A stretch of DNA of 64,000 nt from Salpingoeca rosetta (Eukaryota; Protista; Choanoflagellata). Location: the NCBI GenBank assembly GCA_033442325.1, contig JAWQFM010000005.1, positions 2,142,987 through 2,206,986 on the forward strand. Direction: 5' to 3'. Both the position numbers and the translations under genes were made by a program. Below, one piece after another: positions 27,339 through 47,427 of the stretch (the stretch's first letter is position 1; each line of letters starts with the position of its first letter). The notes under the pieces are model-generated. The model was given only the letters and a program-made list of their open reading frames with translations, did not search any database and had not been told where the DNA came from.

Positions 27339-27755
27339 TTGTCTCTCTTGACACGACGCGAACGCCGCACGTGTCGCGCAACCATCGTGTGTATTGGCGT
27401 GGCAAGCGCCCCACATGTTTCAAGCACACCGGGCCAAAACACCGCCCGCCGTCAATATAAAGGCAACGGAAGGTGACGCGATAGAGCAAGCATGGGAAGA
27501 ACAGAGACGAGAAATACGATAACAAATTGGGGCGGGGCACAAGCACATGCATGCATGCAAGCACGCAAGCACACACGAAAATAAACGATGCACGTGAAGA
27601 AGTCACATATCACATGTCGCACGTCACCAAAGAAACAGCAATGGTCACGGCAGCGCACTCTCTCAGCGACTGGACGCACGCGCAACACGCACATGCACGG
27701 CGCGAATAACGATGCACTTAGGTGGAGCGGTGCGCGGTTAAATGTGTGGATGACG

Positions 27756-28203
27756 CTATCTGGTGAAGAGGGAGAAGAGGGTGCGCACATCTGTGGCGAG
27801 ACCCAGTTGCAAGAGAAAGTCGGCCACAGCCTCGGCCTCCTTACAGTTTCCGGCAAAGAACTCGTTCACCTGCTCCTCAGAGAGTTTGTGCTGCTCCCAG
27901 CCGCGCCAGCCTTGCATCAGGCACTGCTTGCACTGGTTGACAATGTTATCACCGCGTGCGCTAAGGTACTCGAAGATGCGACGGCCAACAGGCTTTGGGT
28001 CTGCACGGCGCAGCGCCTGCACCTCATCGCTCAGCTTGCGGCGGTGGTTTGACGCCGGGCGCACCATCGCCGTCGCTTCTTGCCCTTGCTGCTGCTGCTG
28101 CTGCTGCTGTTGTTGTTCTTCGTGCTGCTGCTGTTGTTGTTGTTGTTGTTGTTGTTGTGCTTCTTCTTCTTGCCCTTGCTGCTGCTGTTCTTCTTGCTGT
28201 TGC

Positions 28204-28240
<37 letters not shown>

Positions 28241-30031
28241 CCTGCTGTTCTTCTTGCCCTTGCTGCTGCTGCTGTTGCTCCTCTTGCTGTTGTTGCGCGT
28301 CCTTGTGCGAGGGTGTTGCTTCGTGAGGGCGGTGCGCTGGCGTTTCCTGCCCCTGCTGTGAGTGAGCTGTCTGCACCGTGCTGGTCTGTGGAGCCAATTC
28401 GTGGGCGTGCTTCCTCTCCCCATGCGTTGGATGGCGCGTTTCTTGTGCTGCTCGTTCCTGCAGCGCGCTTGCCGCTGGTGTGTCGTTGTCGGCCGTGCCC
28501 TGCAGCTGTGCAATGCACCTGCACGTCAGCGTGCTTGACAGCAGCTGCCTCCTCTGTGTCGACATGGCCCGCGTAGGGGTGCCGTCGCTGCCGCCAACCA
28601 GTGTGACGCGCGCCTCCTTGTCAGCGTCGCATGCAGGGGAGGGCGGCGCCACGTGCTGGTCCTGGTGTGGTGGGGTCGCAGCTGTGAAAACCGCACCACC
28701 ATCAACATCACCATCAGCACCATGACCGCCAGCAGCAACGGCAGTTGGTGACGGCATGAGCAATGTGCACGAGCCCGATGTGGATGTGCACGCGGAGGTG
28801 GATGGAGACGGCAGCGGGGAGAGTGAATCGGATGATGATGATGGCGATATGGAAGCCGTAGTGCACGTCGAGCACGTGGACGTGGTTGACGATGACGGGC
28901 TGATGGTTGGGGCACTGTCCCGCTGCGTGTCAGCACAAGTCGTTGTGGTCCCTGCAGGAGGGGCTGCTGTTGTGCTGTAGCCGAGCAGCTTGAGGAGGCC
29001 CATGCGTGCAAGCAAGGTGCATTTTGCAAACACGGGCGCCCAGCGGCCGATGGCCGGTACGCGGTTGTGCTGCATGGTGTGGCGCAAACATGTTGTGAAG
29101 GCAAGGAAGGTGTGTGTGTGTGTGGTGGGGGTGAGACAAAGGAAATGGTGTATTCGCGATTGTGCGTGTGCAAAGATGCGTGCATGAAGACATGTGTGCA
29201 TGCAAAGCGAGCATGTGTGTGTGTGCGTGTGTGCGTGTGTGTGTGTGCGTGTGTGCGTGTGTGCGTGTGTGTGCATGCAAGCACGGGCAGAGAAAAACGC
29301 ACCACCACGTTGTGCATGGCGACGTGGTCAATGCCGAGGGCTTCCGCCACTTCGTCTTCGCTCTTGCCGGAGAGCTTGAGGAGCTTGGCGATGTTGGGTG
29401 GTGGCGGTCCGTCCGGCACGCGGAGTGGCTGTGATGATGACGATGACGATGACGATGATTGTGCGGTTGTGGGCCTGGTTGGCCTGGGAACAATGCTGCT
29501 GTGGTGGGCGGTGGTGATAGTGGTGGTGGTCGCTGTTGATGATGATGAGCTGCGACGGCCGCGGTGGCGGTGGCGCCGATTCAAGCAGTGCGCGTGGTGG
29601 TGCAGGCGCGGGGTGGCAGTCGGCAGCGCCGTCGGCGCGAACGTCGGTGACTGCTGTGGCGACTCCTGTGACGACTCCTGTGACGAGGAGACCGACGATG
29701 AAGAGGACGAAGATGAGGAGCAAGAGGAAGAGGTGCGCGCGGCAAAGGGCGGCGTATCGTGTGCCGTCTCACTTGTTTTTGCCAGCGGGCTTGTTGCCTT
29801 GGTCCTGGAGTGCCTCTTGTAGGCGCGGCCTGTGCTTGTGTTGGTGGTGTTGCCCGTGTTGACGGTGGTGGGGGTGATGTTGATGGGGGTCATGGGGGTC
29901 TTGGTATCGCGCACAGTCACGCCCGGCGTTGCTGCTGTGGCTGTGGTGGTGGCGGTGGCTGTGCCTCCGCCTAGAGGTGGTGGCCTTGGTTCAGATGGGT
30001 CGAGGGACGCCATGGCTGTGTTGGCTGTCAT
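27756..30031 (-). CDS. Hypothetical protein: Thr/Ser/Gln-rich with a small helical C-terminal domain
   Basis: Exons 30031-29303 and 29069-27756 joined by a phase-0 GT-AG intron. An extra 3' intron after ..LATD could instead give a terminal exon SLRECAAVTIAVSLVTCDM* with stop near 27610. Confidence 0.65.
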
Positions 30032-31573
30032 GGTTGACGTTGGTGTGTAGGCGTAGAGTGTGGTGGGGGGGGGAAAGGGTGTAAGTGGCGAGGAGAAAAC
30101 GAAAGAAAGTGTGAAAAGTGCGAGACTGTGGAGTGTGGTTGCACACATACACACATGCGTGCGGTGGTGGTGAACAATGACCCAACCAACCAACCAACCA
30201 ACCGGGCACCTGACACAAGGACACGGCAGTGATGGATCATGTGTGTGTGTGTGTTTGCGTGTGCGTGTGCGTGTGTGTTGCGTGTTTGCGTGTGCGTGTG
30301 TTGTGGAGAAGGAGGAGAACAAGAGGGTGATTGTTCTCTTGTCTCTATTGCACTGGGGGTGATATATGCAAGTAAGTATGCGTGTGTGGCATGGCTCTAA
30401 CTGCAGGCTCCAAACCTGGTTGAGATGCTTGTGCTTGTGGCTGCTTTGAGTGACGCAGCAAGAGCGATCAACGGCGGTGGCGCTTGGTGTCAACGACGCA
30501 GGGACGAGTTCTTGTGTGTGTGTGTGTGTCTGCTTGACTGTGACGTCTCCTTCACACGCTTCGAGACACACAACAGGAACAACGCCGGGTGTTGTGTGCG
30601 TCTGTGTTGGGTCTTGGAGAGACGAGAGCACGGCCAGATTATGGAAGGGAAGAAAATGAAGGCAGAGGTGCTGCTGAATATATCTGCTGGTATGTATTGC
30701 TGATCACCCACCGCCGCAGTGTTGGCTGGCAGGCAAATCAGTGAGCCGCGTGGTAGCAGTGGTGGTGGTACTGCGCTGTTGGCCACGAGCAACACCAACC
30801 GGCCTGGAAGAGATGAGGTACGAAAGCACGAAGGCTGGCTGGTTGGTGCTGATGCTTCTGGAGAGTGACACACACGAGCAACAAGAAGAGGCGAAGAGAA
30901 GCACAGCGAGGACTGCGTGTTTCATGCGCCGTGTGTGTTGTTGGGAAAGCAACCGCTCCAATCACAAGCGAGCAAGCAAGCAACAAGCAGCAAGAAGCAA
31001 TCGGCAAATTAATTTTTTTTTGCAAGCAGCCTGGGCGTTGCGCTTTGCACCACACAAAATGAGATTTCGAAAACAACAGCACAATTCGCAGTGAAATTGG
31101 CTGCGCTGCCCGAGCATACAAACCTCGTTTTCGTTGTTGTTGATGCTGCTCTTCTCTTGCTGCTGCCACCTTTTCTTCAGGCCCCCTATTCTCTCTCACC
31201 AGTTGTGTATGCGTGTGTATTTCGAGTGAGCTGAGCCTTGCACGATGCAGGGGCCCAGGACACTGCACTGCTGAAAACAGAACAGAGAAAACAAAGGAAC
31301 AGAAGAGAACCGTGCTGTGGAAGCAACAGCAGCTCCAGCCGACAACACACAACACAACACACAACACACACACACACACACACACTCTCTCTCTCTCTCT
31401 TGCTTAGGGCCGCATATAAGGAATGTAAAACAAGTGTCATCAGCTGTTAAGGCTCAAATGGAATCAGTTCGCACAGCAAACACCCACGCACCCACACCCA
31501 CACACACACGCACACGGGAAACACAGTTCACACCCACGCATCTCTCTCATTGCTTCGCTGCTTTCCTTTCACG

Positions 31574-31969
31574 TCACTGGCGGTGTGGGGAAACCACTGA
31601 AAGAGAAGAAACAGCATAGACTGGACGTGGCCGGCGAAGACGGAGATGGATTTGCGACTGCTCCCCTTTCTCCTCAGCTTCGTCATCACTGTGTTGTTGC
31701 TGCTTCTTGTCCTTTCGTTTCTTCCGTTTCTGCTGTTGGCAGTTGTGACCATCATCGTGCTGGCTGCTTTTGGTGTCGTTTTCGTCGTTTAGACCTCGAT
31801 GTGCCTGGCCTAGGTTGGCGATGAGGGTAACAGCACCGCTGCTGGTGCTGCCGGCTCTGGCGCTGGCACGCCAAGCACCAAGAGCGTCCTCACCCTCCTC
31901 GCCATCACCATTATCGTTGTTGTCGTTGTCGTTGTCGTTGTCGTTGTCCTCCTCCTCCTCCTCGTTACT

Positions 31970-32050
<81 letters not shown>

Positions 32051-33619
32051 GTCATCATCATCATCATCAGCAGCAGCAGCATCGCCGGCACAGGCGTGAG
32101 TGCCCCGGTGGCGGCCATGATGACCAGCGTGTTGGCACAGGCCGCTGTCCACACGCTCCACGGAGGTGCTTGTAAAGCAAAGACGCCCAGCGGCAAGGTC
32201 CAGCATTTCAAGCTCAGAGGGGGAGGCGCGGGCAACGGCACGGGGTGGCGCATCAACGGCCTCTGACTCTGTCACTGTTGGCGCCCTATCCGTCACTGAG
32301 GGAGGGCGTGCATCCTGCACGCCAGTACTCGGCCATGATCTCACATCCACGGAGACCGACACGCCCTCGTCAACAGGGAGCGACCTGCGCCGCTGTTGGT
32401 GTCCTCGCTGTCCTCGCTGTCGGCGCTGTCGCCGCCGCCGCGTGCTGGTGGTACCCTGTGCAGCGAGCGGTGGCCCACACTGCAGCAAGGACGCCATGAC
32501 CGCGTCGACCGTCACCTCCTCATCGCTGCTGCTGCTGCTGCCGCCAATTTCGGCCACGACGCGATGCAGCTGAGCCTCGTCCATGCGAAGAAACGAAGTC
32601 TTGCTGAGGGCAACCTCTGATGGACGGCTGCTGCTGTGGTGTTGGCCGCTGCCACTGCTAACCGTGTCGTTGCGCCCGAGTCCATCGCTGTGACCATGCT
32701 GCACATCAGCACCGGCGATGTGGCCAGGGTTGGCATCCTCGTGTCCACGCTCGACAGTGCTTGGCACCCCGTGCAGGGACGCCATGTCCGGAGCGTCATC
32801 GCCGACTCCGCCTTGGCCATGAAGTGCGGGAAATCGTGCCCTGGGCTGGTTGCTTGCGGCCTGGCCCTCGACTTTGTAATTATCGTGGTCAGCGTCAGCA
32901 TCGTCATCCTCAGCATCATCCTCGGAAGCACCGGCAGGCTGGAACGTAGGCCATCTGCTGAAGCAAGGCTTGATTGCCCGAAACAGATTATGCACTGAGC
33001 TCAGCCCTGTTCCCCCGCAGCGCAACACGTCGCGCTCGCTTCGGGCGTCCACGAGACGGGGCATGCCTTCGTTGGTGCGGCGGTCTGGCTTGGCGCTGCG
33101 CAGGACGGTGAACTTGCGGCCTCGGCGTGTGCGACGGTGCTTGCCGCGCCTCGCGGGCCAAGACACCCAGCAGCGCAGGCAGGGCTGCCTGATGGGGTCT
33201 TGGTTGGGCGCAGGGGTGACTGCTGCAAGCTCCACACCAATCAAGATGGGCCTGTTCACGCCCGGCTGTTGGTGGAGGCGCAGGTCCACGCCATCCACGC
33301 CGCGGGCCCTCAGCCGCACAGCAGTGTGCTCGCCCCAACTCACGCGCTTCCAGGCAGGGGAGCCCGGGAGATGGACGATGGAGGTGCCTTCGTACGCGCG
33401 GATGTAGAGCATTGAATCCACAGGTGCAGCCCTGCCCTCAGGCCAGTCCACCTTGACCGCCACATATGCCCTTGTCTTCTTCAGCTCCTGCCAAAAAAAA
33501 AAAAAGCGCGCACGCATGCATGTATGTATGTGTGTGTGTGGGTGGGGGGGGAGCAATGAGGAAGGTGGGATCATCCAAACGTGGCATGCAAACATGACTG
33601 CAGTTGGAAAGCGAGCAAC

Positions 33620-33696
<77 letters not shown>

Positions 33697-33711
33697 AACA
33701 GCAGCAACAGC

Positions 33712-33745
<34 letters not shown>

Positions 33746-33747
33746 GC

Positions 33748-33814
<67 letters not shown>

Positions 33815-33901
33815 CCAACCAACAACAACAACAACAACAACGTCGTGACATACCTCGGAAAAGTAATATGGAGTGAAAGTGATTGTTGGGTCGGCGTCCA
33901 T
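31574..33901 (-). CDS. Hypothetical protein: beta-rich N-terminal region, poly-Asp tract, basic C-terminus
   Basis: Exon 1 33901-33854 (MDADPTITFTPYYFSE), 366-nt microsatellite-filled GT-AG intron, exon 2 33487-31574 open for about 637 codons. Confidence 0.65.
33623..33840. repeat. Compound (GA)n + (CAA)n microsatellite inside an intron
   Basis: About 35 GA units directly followed by about 48 CAA/CAG units. Confidence 0.95.
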
Positions 33902-34731
33902 GATGGAACAGGAAGGTGTGCAAGTGACTGTAACAACAGCGGCAACCAAGGGAGGGTAGCGTGTCTGTCAGATCATGCGATTGGAAGGTCGGGGGAGATG
34001 ATGAGGAAATATGTGTGGTGGGGCGGGAAAGGCCCACGACAGCCGCCAAAACAGGAAAGGTGCCGGGCTTGTGTGTTGGTGGTGTGTGCAGGTGAACGTA
34101 CGTTCGCAGCAGGAAGGCGAGTGGAGCGGATGGACAAAAACAGAAAATGGCGAACAAGTCAAGGCAGCCGCGCGAAGCAAACAAGCAAGTTTGGACTTGC
34201 CGCATGGGGAAAAAAAATACCTTCATGCAATGCTCTGTCATCAAAATAAACAACAAACAAACCCAATGAGGGTTTTCCCGCGCAGAAACGCGGAAACAAC
34301 ACGCAATGGCGCCAATTGCTGTTTCTTGCATGCTTGCCTTTCAAGTGCCAGAGAGGAGGAGCCCTGGAGCTGGCTGATGTTTACCAACAAGCAGGGCTCC
34401 CTGCACGGCATGCGCAGCTGTGGCTAGTGGGGCGGGGCGCTGTTGTCCACATTGGGTCACCAGGTCCTCACTCAATTCGCGTGCACACGAGAAGCAGAAG
34501 TACAGCAAGGGGTTCCCGCGCGAGGGGCAACGCTGCAAGAAAAATGGCATTTGGGCATGTCAGCAGTATTTTTTTGCTGACGATTCACCACCAGTGGTTC
34601 TTGTGCGAGCGAACAGCGAGGGTGAGTGAGACAGGACGTGCTGCTGTGCTGCTGTACTGGACTCGAGCTCAGAGTGAACTGAGCTTGTTGTGGGCAAGGG
34701 ACTGCTGCGTGAGAGAAAAGCACTTGAGATC

Positions 34732-35073
34732 ATGGAAGGGTCCAAACGTCTTGCCGACGAAGCGTCGTCGGCGCTTGTGCCTGTGAAAAAGGCCAAGCAA
34801 GATGGATCAAGCAGCAGCAACAAGCAACTTGCCACCCAATCGTCCTCGGGCGCGATACAGGCTGCGGTGCGCTTGATGCGTGTGTCATGCGTGTGTGATG
34901 TGTGTGTGTATGTGTATGTTTGGGTGTGATGCGGCTGTGCGGGTGTGATGCGTGTGTGATGTGTGTGTGTGTATGTGTATGTTTGGGTGTGATGCGGCTG
35001 TGCAGGTGTGTATGTGAATGGGTGGGTGGGTGAGTGTGATGGCTTGAGTATATGTTCACACTCGTCAGCTCAC

Positions 35074-35153
<80 letters not shown>

Positions 35154-35604
35154 TTGCTGCACCAACAGGCGCCAGCACGGACGTCCAGTTTGATGGCACC
35201 CGTGATGCTATTGGAAGGTCACAAGGTAAGAACGCATGTGCTGTTGTGTGCGTGTGTGTGTGTGTGCGTGTGTGCGTGTGTGTGGGTGTGCATAGATCCT
35301 GCACATGTGCATGTGCACGCACGAGCCCGCATACGATTTGGATGTGGTGTGTCTCGTGTGTCCTTTTGCTCATGGTACTTTCCGTTGCAGGATGAGGTGT
35401 TTACGTGCAAGTACAACCCCAGCGGATCGCACATCGCCTCTGCTGGCATGGATCGACAAATCTGTGAGTACACGCCACTTTGCCGTTGCGGATGCCACCA
35501 AGGCCGCGAACCTGACCCAAACCTCCATCACAGCAGCTTGACGCCTTGCACTCACGTGCGTTCATATCTCGCGCCACACACACTCACACACACATACACA
35601 CATG

Positions 35605-35651
<47 letters not shown>

Positions 35652-36837
35652 ATGCCAGTTTTGTGGAACACATTTGGGGAGTGCGAGAACTTTGCTGTTC
35701 TTCCTGGACACACTGGTGCCGTGTTTGACCTTTCCTGGTCAAAGGATGGAGAGTAAGTGCTTACCTTTGCTCGTGTGTGCTTGAAGTTGCTCGTGCATGC
35801 GTGCGTCTGCTCGTGCTTGTGCATGTCATACAGAAGGAGGGTGCACTCGTGCGTTCAAAGTGGTTGTGCTATTGGGTCTCCTTCCTCCCTCGAACCAGAG
35901 CACGCTTGTGCTTGTGCGTGGTTTTGTGTGCATGCACATGTGTGCGTGCCTTTATGTTGTACCTCCCTGACGGGGTTGTGACCTTGTTTGCCGGTCTTTT
36001 TTCATGCAACAGCAAACTCTACTCCGCGGGCATCGACAAGACCTGCATTGTGTGGGACGCCGAGGTATGTACATGTGCGTGTGTGCGTGTGTGCGTGTGT
36101 GCGTGTGTGTGTGTGTGTGCGTGCTTCATTATTGGTGTGCTTCTTTATATCTGCGCTTGTTGCTTGGTGGCGTATTCTTCTGTGGGAACCGGCCACGTTG
36201 TGGAGTGCACGCCAGGTTGCATTTGTTGACTTGCATCATCCCCTACCGTGCAACCTGTTCTCTTCACCACATCGCGCACAGGCTGGTGCGCGCGTACGCA
36301 AGCTCAAGGGCCACTCGGACTTTGTGAACAGCTGCTGCGCTTCCCGCCACGACGCACACACGTTTGTCACCGGCAGCGACGACGGCACCGTCCGTGTAAG
36401 TGCTCGCGTGTCTGATGGTCGTTGATGGGGAGAGTGGCTGTCTGCTCCAGGGCACCACACCGTTTCGCTGACTATCAAGTGCATCGCCCTTTGCCTTGTC
36501 ACACCACCACATCACCGCCCCCTTCCCACCCGACAACGTCTTCCCACACCACCCTTATCACCCTTATCACCCATATCACCCTTATCCGCTTACCTGCTGT
36601 GCAGGTGTGGGATGCGCGGCGGCGGGGCGCTGTGCACACGCTCAACAGCGGATATCAGGTGATGGCGGTGGTCATGGCCGATGATGGCGAGCGCATCATC
36701 TCCGCAGGCCTCGACAACGCAATCAAGGTCCGTCATGTGTGTGTGTGTGTGGTTGTATGTATTTGTGTGTGTGTGTGTGTGTGTGTGGTTGTATGTGTTT
36801 GTGTGTGTGTGTGTGTGCGTGCATGTGCATGTGTTTG

Positions 36838-36873
<36 letters not shown>

Positions 36874-37787
36874 TGTGTGTTTATGTGTATGTGTGTGTGT
36901 AACCATTGTTTGCATGCTTGTGACATGGTGAACACAATTGCTCATCGCGTGCGTCTCGCGAGCGGTTTTGCCGCCGCCCACCTGCCTAATTTCTCTCACA
37001 CTGGACTTCCTCTCTTCCTCCCTCCCGGACCACTGTTGCTGCCACTTGTTGCAAAACAGATGTGGGATCTGCGCACCATGGATGTGACTGAGCGCCTTGC
37101 TGGCCACACAGGTGCGAGCACGTGTCCCTGTTGCTGCAGCACATCCACACTCTTTTACAGCAGGAGAGCACTCAACTTGCCAACAACCACCACCATGGTC
37201 ACCACCTCTTTGCTTTCCTTTTTCCACTATCACTCGCTCACTCACTCATCCGCTCACCCACCCGCTCACCCACTCACTTACCATGACCACCATGGCGACA
37301 ACCGTGCGAGCAGACACGGTGACGGGCCTGTCGCTGTCGCCCAACGGGAAGGAGGTGCTGTCGTTTGCTATGGACAACACTGCGCGCATCTGGGACGTGC
37401 AGCCGTTTGCCCAGGGCCCGCGCCTCAAGAAGACACTCATGGGCGCACAGGTCGGCCTCGAAAAGAACTTCATCAAGGTGCGCAGTGTGTGTGTGTGTGT
37501 GTGCGCGCGCGGCTGTCTCTCTGTCTCTCTGTCTCTCTGTCTGTCTCTGCGGTGCGTTTCTCGCTTGACCAAACCAAACCAACTAACCAAACCAATGCAC
37601 GACGCAACACATGTGCAGTGCGCGTGGACGCCCGATGGTAAGCACGTTGGCTGCGGCTCTGGCGACCGCAACGTGTATGTGTGGAACGTGTTCTCGCAGA
37701 AGATTGCGTACTGTCTGCCTGGACACAAGAGCTGCGTCAACCAGGTCGACTTCCACCCAGAGGAGCCCATCGGTGAGCGCCCAGCAC

Positions 37788-37854
<67 letters not shown>

Positions 37855-38209
37855 ATGTATGTATGTATGTATGTATGTATGTATGTATGTATGTATGTAT
37901 GTATGTATGTATGTATGTATGTATGTATGTATGTATGTATGTATGTATGTATGTATGTGTGTACATGTCCTGTTTGTAGTGTCGTTTTGTTGTATGGCTG
38001 CTGTGCATTTACTTGCTTCACATTTCTTTGACGTCGCGTTCATTTGCATTGTGGTCACCGGCGGCATTATGTCTTGTACGCCACACTTTTGTTGTGTTTG
38101 AACTAACCATATTCTCACCACTCATACCATCACCACTACCACCCATGAAACCACAGTTGTGTCCTGTTCATCCGACAAGAAGCTGTTCCAGGGAGAGCTT
38201 CACCTCTGA
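34732..38209 (+). CDS. SNRNP40: U5 snRNP 40-kDa WD40 protein
   Basis: RTSSLMAPVMLLEGHK, LWNTFGECENFAVLPGHTGAV, RKLKGHSDFVNSC, SFAMDNTARIWDVQPFA, YCLPGHKSCVNQVDFHPEEPI, SCSSDKKLFQGEL*; 11 exons. Confidence 0.95.
37852..37957. repeat. (TATG)n tetranucleotide microsatellite; a complementary (CATA)n tract lies at about 46401-46553
   Basis: Seen directly; both tracts are intronic. Confidence 0.95.
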
Positions 38210-38366
38210 GAAGGGATCAGCGTATCACTGTGTTTGTGCCTGCAAGCATTCCACTTGCCCTGCTTCTCGCTTGCTGTTCGCGTCAAGTACTACAACACTT
38301 GTCACATCACTGAACCGTGTTGTGCTTTGTGATTTGTTGTGTGCCTTGGTGTGTGTGCGTGCATTC

Positions 38367-38416
<50 letters not shown>

Positions 38417-38701
38417 AATTACAATCCGAGTGGCAGCATCTGAAGTGCCAAAGAATCGTCTACTCGTTCTCGCCAGTAGCGCCATTTTGTACAGAGGGAG
38501 GCTTGGACCAAGTTGGAGGTGGAGAGAGAGAGAGAGCGGATATGCAAAGCAGCACGAAGGAAGAAAACGGAGAGAGGAGGGGAGGACGCGAAGAGCAGAT
38601 ACAGTAAGGGTGCGTGCGAGTGTTTGTAACAAAAAAACAACATGTTGTGTGGCCAACAAACATGTGTTCACATCACATCAGAAGTGGGGGGGGGGGGGTG
38701 G

Positions 38702-41721
<3,020 letters not shown>

Positions 41722-42256
41722 TCAAACCTCTCAGCCACGTGCGAGACCCCAATTTGTGCTGTTGTGAGCGCTTGTCGTTGCGTTGGGGTGGATACTGCTG
41801 CACGAGTCATGTTTCGCACACATTCTCCGCTTGATGGCGCCAGTGCGCATTTAGATCAACCAAGCCAAAGCTGGCAGAAGGTGGGGCTTTGCTGGTTGGT
41901 GGTGATGATGGGTGTTGTGTTTGTGTGTGTGTGTGTGTGTGGCGCTGCTCCTGCGTGGTGTGCGGTGTGCGGTGTGCGACAGCTGCGTGATGAGGCGGTG
42001 GCAGGATCGATCCCAGAGCAAAGGAAAGAGGATCGCTCTCGGCAAGAGATGGCACACGCCAGCATTCCAAGCGTCTCTTTGTTCTTCTTTCGTGTTGTGC
42101 TCATTTGATTGTGCAGCAGCTCACGGACACACACAAACACCATCACACATCACCGCATCATCACACTGTTTTCCCCCCACCCCCCATCCGCCAGATTCCA
42201 ATTGTGATTGCTCGTAACAGCTGTCAACAAACAACACAGCAACCAACCAACCGACC

Positions 42257-45187
<2,931 letters not shown>

Positions 45188-45240
45188 GACAACCAGCACC
45201 CCCGCTCGTTTGCTTGCGGCCGTGCTCTTGTTTGCTGATG

Positions 45241-45295
<55 letters not shown>

Positions 45296-45901
45296 TGCAG
45301 TGCCATTGGCAACTGTTTTGTGTGGTGCCACTCTTTGATATGTAGACCTAATGATTGAGGCTTTTCGCGTGTGTGCGGGTGGGCGGTGGTGGCGTTATCG
45401 TTTTCTTCATGCCGAATGCTGTTGTGTTGTTGTTGTTGCTTCGTGTTGTTAACGTGCTTCACTCCGCCAGCTGCTTTGCTGGTTATCATTTTTCCGTTGC
45501 TTCTCCCTCTCACATAACCCCTCTCTTGCTCTCAGCACCCCTCTCTTTCTCTCTCTCTCTCTCTCTGTGATTTGCTTCTCTCGATATCATCCTCTCTTCT
45601 ACCTCTGGGCGGTGTTGTTGTGTGCGTGTGGGCTGCTAACTTGCTGTTGTTGTCCGAACAATACCGTGAATTGTAATTGCCCTCATACCCATCAAGCGAG
45701 CAGCCACAACAAGCAAGAGGCAAAAGGAAAGGGGAAGAATGGGGGAAGAGAGAGAAAGGATAAGGAGGGGAGGGGTTGAGAAAGCACTTGATTGGGCAAG
45801 GAAAGTGTTCAGTGTAAGATTCACGTGGAGGTGTAGCGTCACGTTGATTTCACGTACGCGTGTGGGCAGAGACAGCAACCAATAGTTCACACCGCAGCGG
45901 A

Positions 45902-45966
45902 TTACATGAACGTGACACCGCGCTGGATAATCTCCACCCAGTAGCCTGTGCACCAATCGACAAGAG

Positions 45967-46038
<72 letters not shown>

Positions 46039-47396
46039 CCAGTGAAGTGGACATGTGGTGAGGCCGTTTCCACATAATGGGGCAAGCACGTTGGAACCTC
46101 GCAGCCCATTGGAAGCCAGCAACAAGCAGCACAACACCAACACACACATCAGGCAAACAAAGGTGCAGAGAGGGTTGTTGTTCATGTGTTACACGCACCG
46201 TCTGGGTCGTATGCAAACGCAATGTTGCGCATTGTTCCTTCCTCGGGCTTTTTCTTGAACTCAATGCCGTCCGCAATCAGCGAATCTGCACAGGAAGGGG
46301 AACGATGGAGAGTTGGCGAAGACCGGAGTTGGAGCAAACAGGAGGGAGCAGACTCACGTGGGCATTGTGATGATTATTCACTATAAACTCACACACACAC
46401 ACATACATACATACATACATACATACATACATACATACATACATACATACATACATCCATACATACATACATACATACATACATACATACATACATACAT
46501 ACATACATACATACATACATACATACATACATACATACATACATACATACATACAGACAGACAGACAGACACACACATACATGCATACATACATACATAC
46601 ACACAGACACCGAGCGACGAACCGCAGGCTGCCTTGAGATCATCGACGAGGAATCCAACGTGCCCGAAGCCGCGCGGGTCCGTGTTGCCTGCAAGCACGA
46701 TGGTGGGTGAGGTTGGGGGACAAATGACACTGGTGAGAAGTGGTGGTCACGGTGTTGAGCAGCAGTATGAATGAATCGTGGCGACGGTTGGATACCGAAA
46801 CAAAGAAAAGGGTTGGTGCGGTGCGGTGTGACGGGCAAGCCGACGCTGAAGCGCGCTGGCTGAGCATTGCGGCATTGCAGCATGTCAGCATCGCAACTCG
46901 GAGTGGCGTGCGATGTACCGTTGTGGTAGGAGAAGTTGGGGTCGGACTCCGTGCCGTGGTTGTGCGTCTGCGCAACACCGCATGAGTCACAGCAGAAATG
47001 AGCGAGTAACACAGGTGTGACGCCACCCGGAGCAGCAGGAGGTGGCGTGCAAGCACCACGCGAGAACAGCACGCCCGTCCCAGAAGCGACAGGACTTGTG
47101 CATGTGCATGTGCATGTGTGTGTGTGCTGTGTGTGAATGCGCACGTGTGTGTGCATGAGTGCATGTGTGTATGTTGGTGGGTGTGGCTGCATGCCGTGGG
47201 AGGGTGCATCACCAGCTCGAGCACGGGGAAGTCAAACGTCTTGATGAACTCGTTGGCCTGGGCAGCAGCAACGGATATAAAGGGGTTGAGCGTTGCGTGG
47301 AATGGTGAGGAGAAGAGGAATGTCGCATGAGGAGGGGTGACGTGGGAGGACGTGGGAGGATGGAGACACAAGCACACACACACACACACATCGGTA

Positions 47397-47427
<31 letters not shown>

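Noticed and set aside
30704-30925. 73-aa minus-strand ORF with a signal-peptide-like start (MKHAVLAVLLFASS)
   Set aside because: No recognisable mature domain and no convincing splice link to the FReD gene or others; probably 5'UTR or intergenic sequence.
33488-33853. Poly-Cys and (SL)n segment inside the 791-aa ORF
   Set aside because: It is bounded by a GTATGT donor and a U-rich CAG acceptor; it is a 366-nt intron that happens to be in frame and stop-free.
34893-35002. ~50-bp direct duplication in SNRNP40 intron 1
   Set aside because: Local slippage in TG-rich sequence; no terminal repeats or coding capacity suggesting a mobile element.
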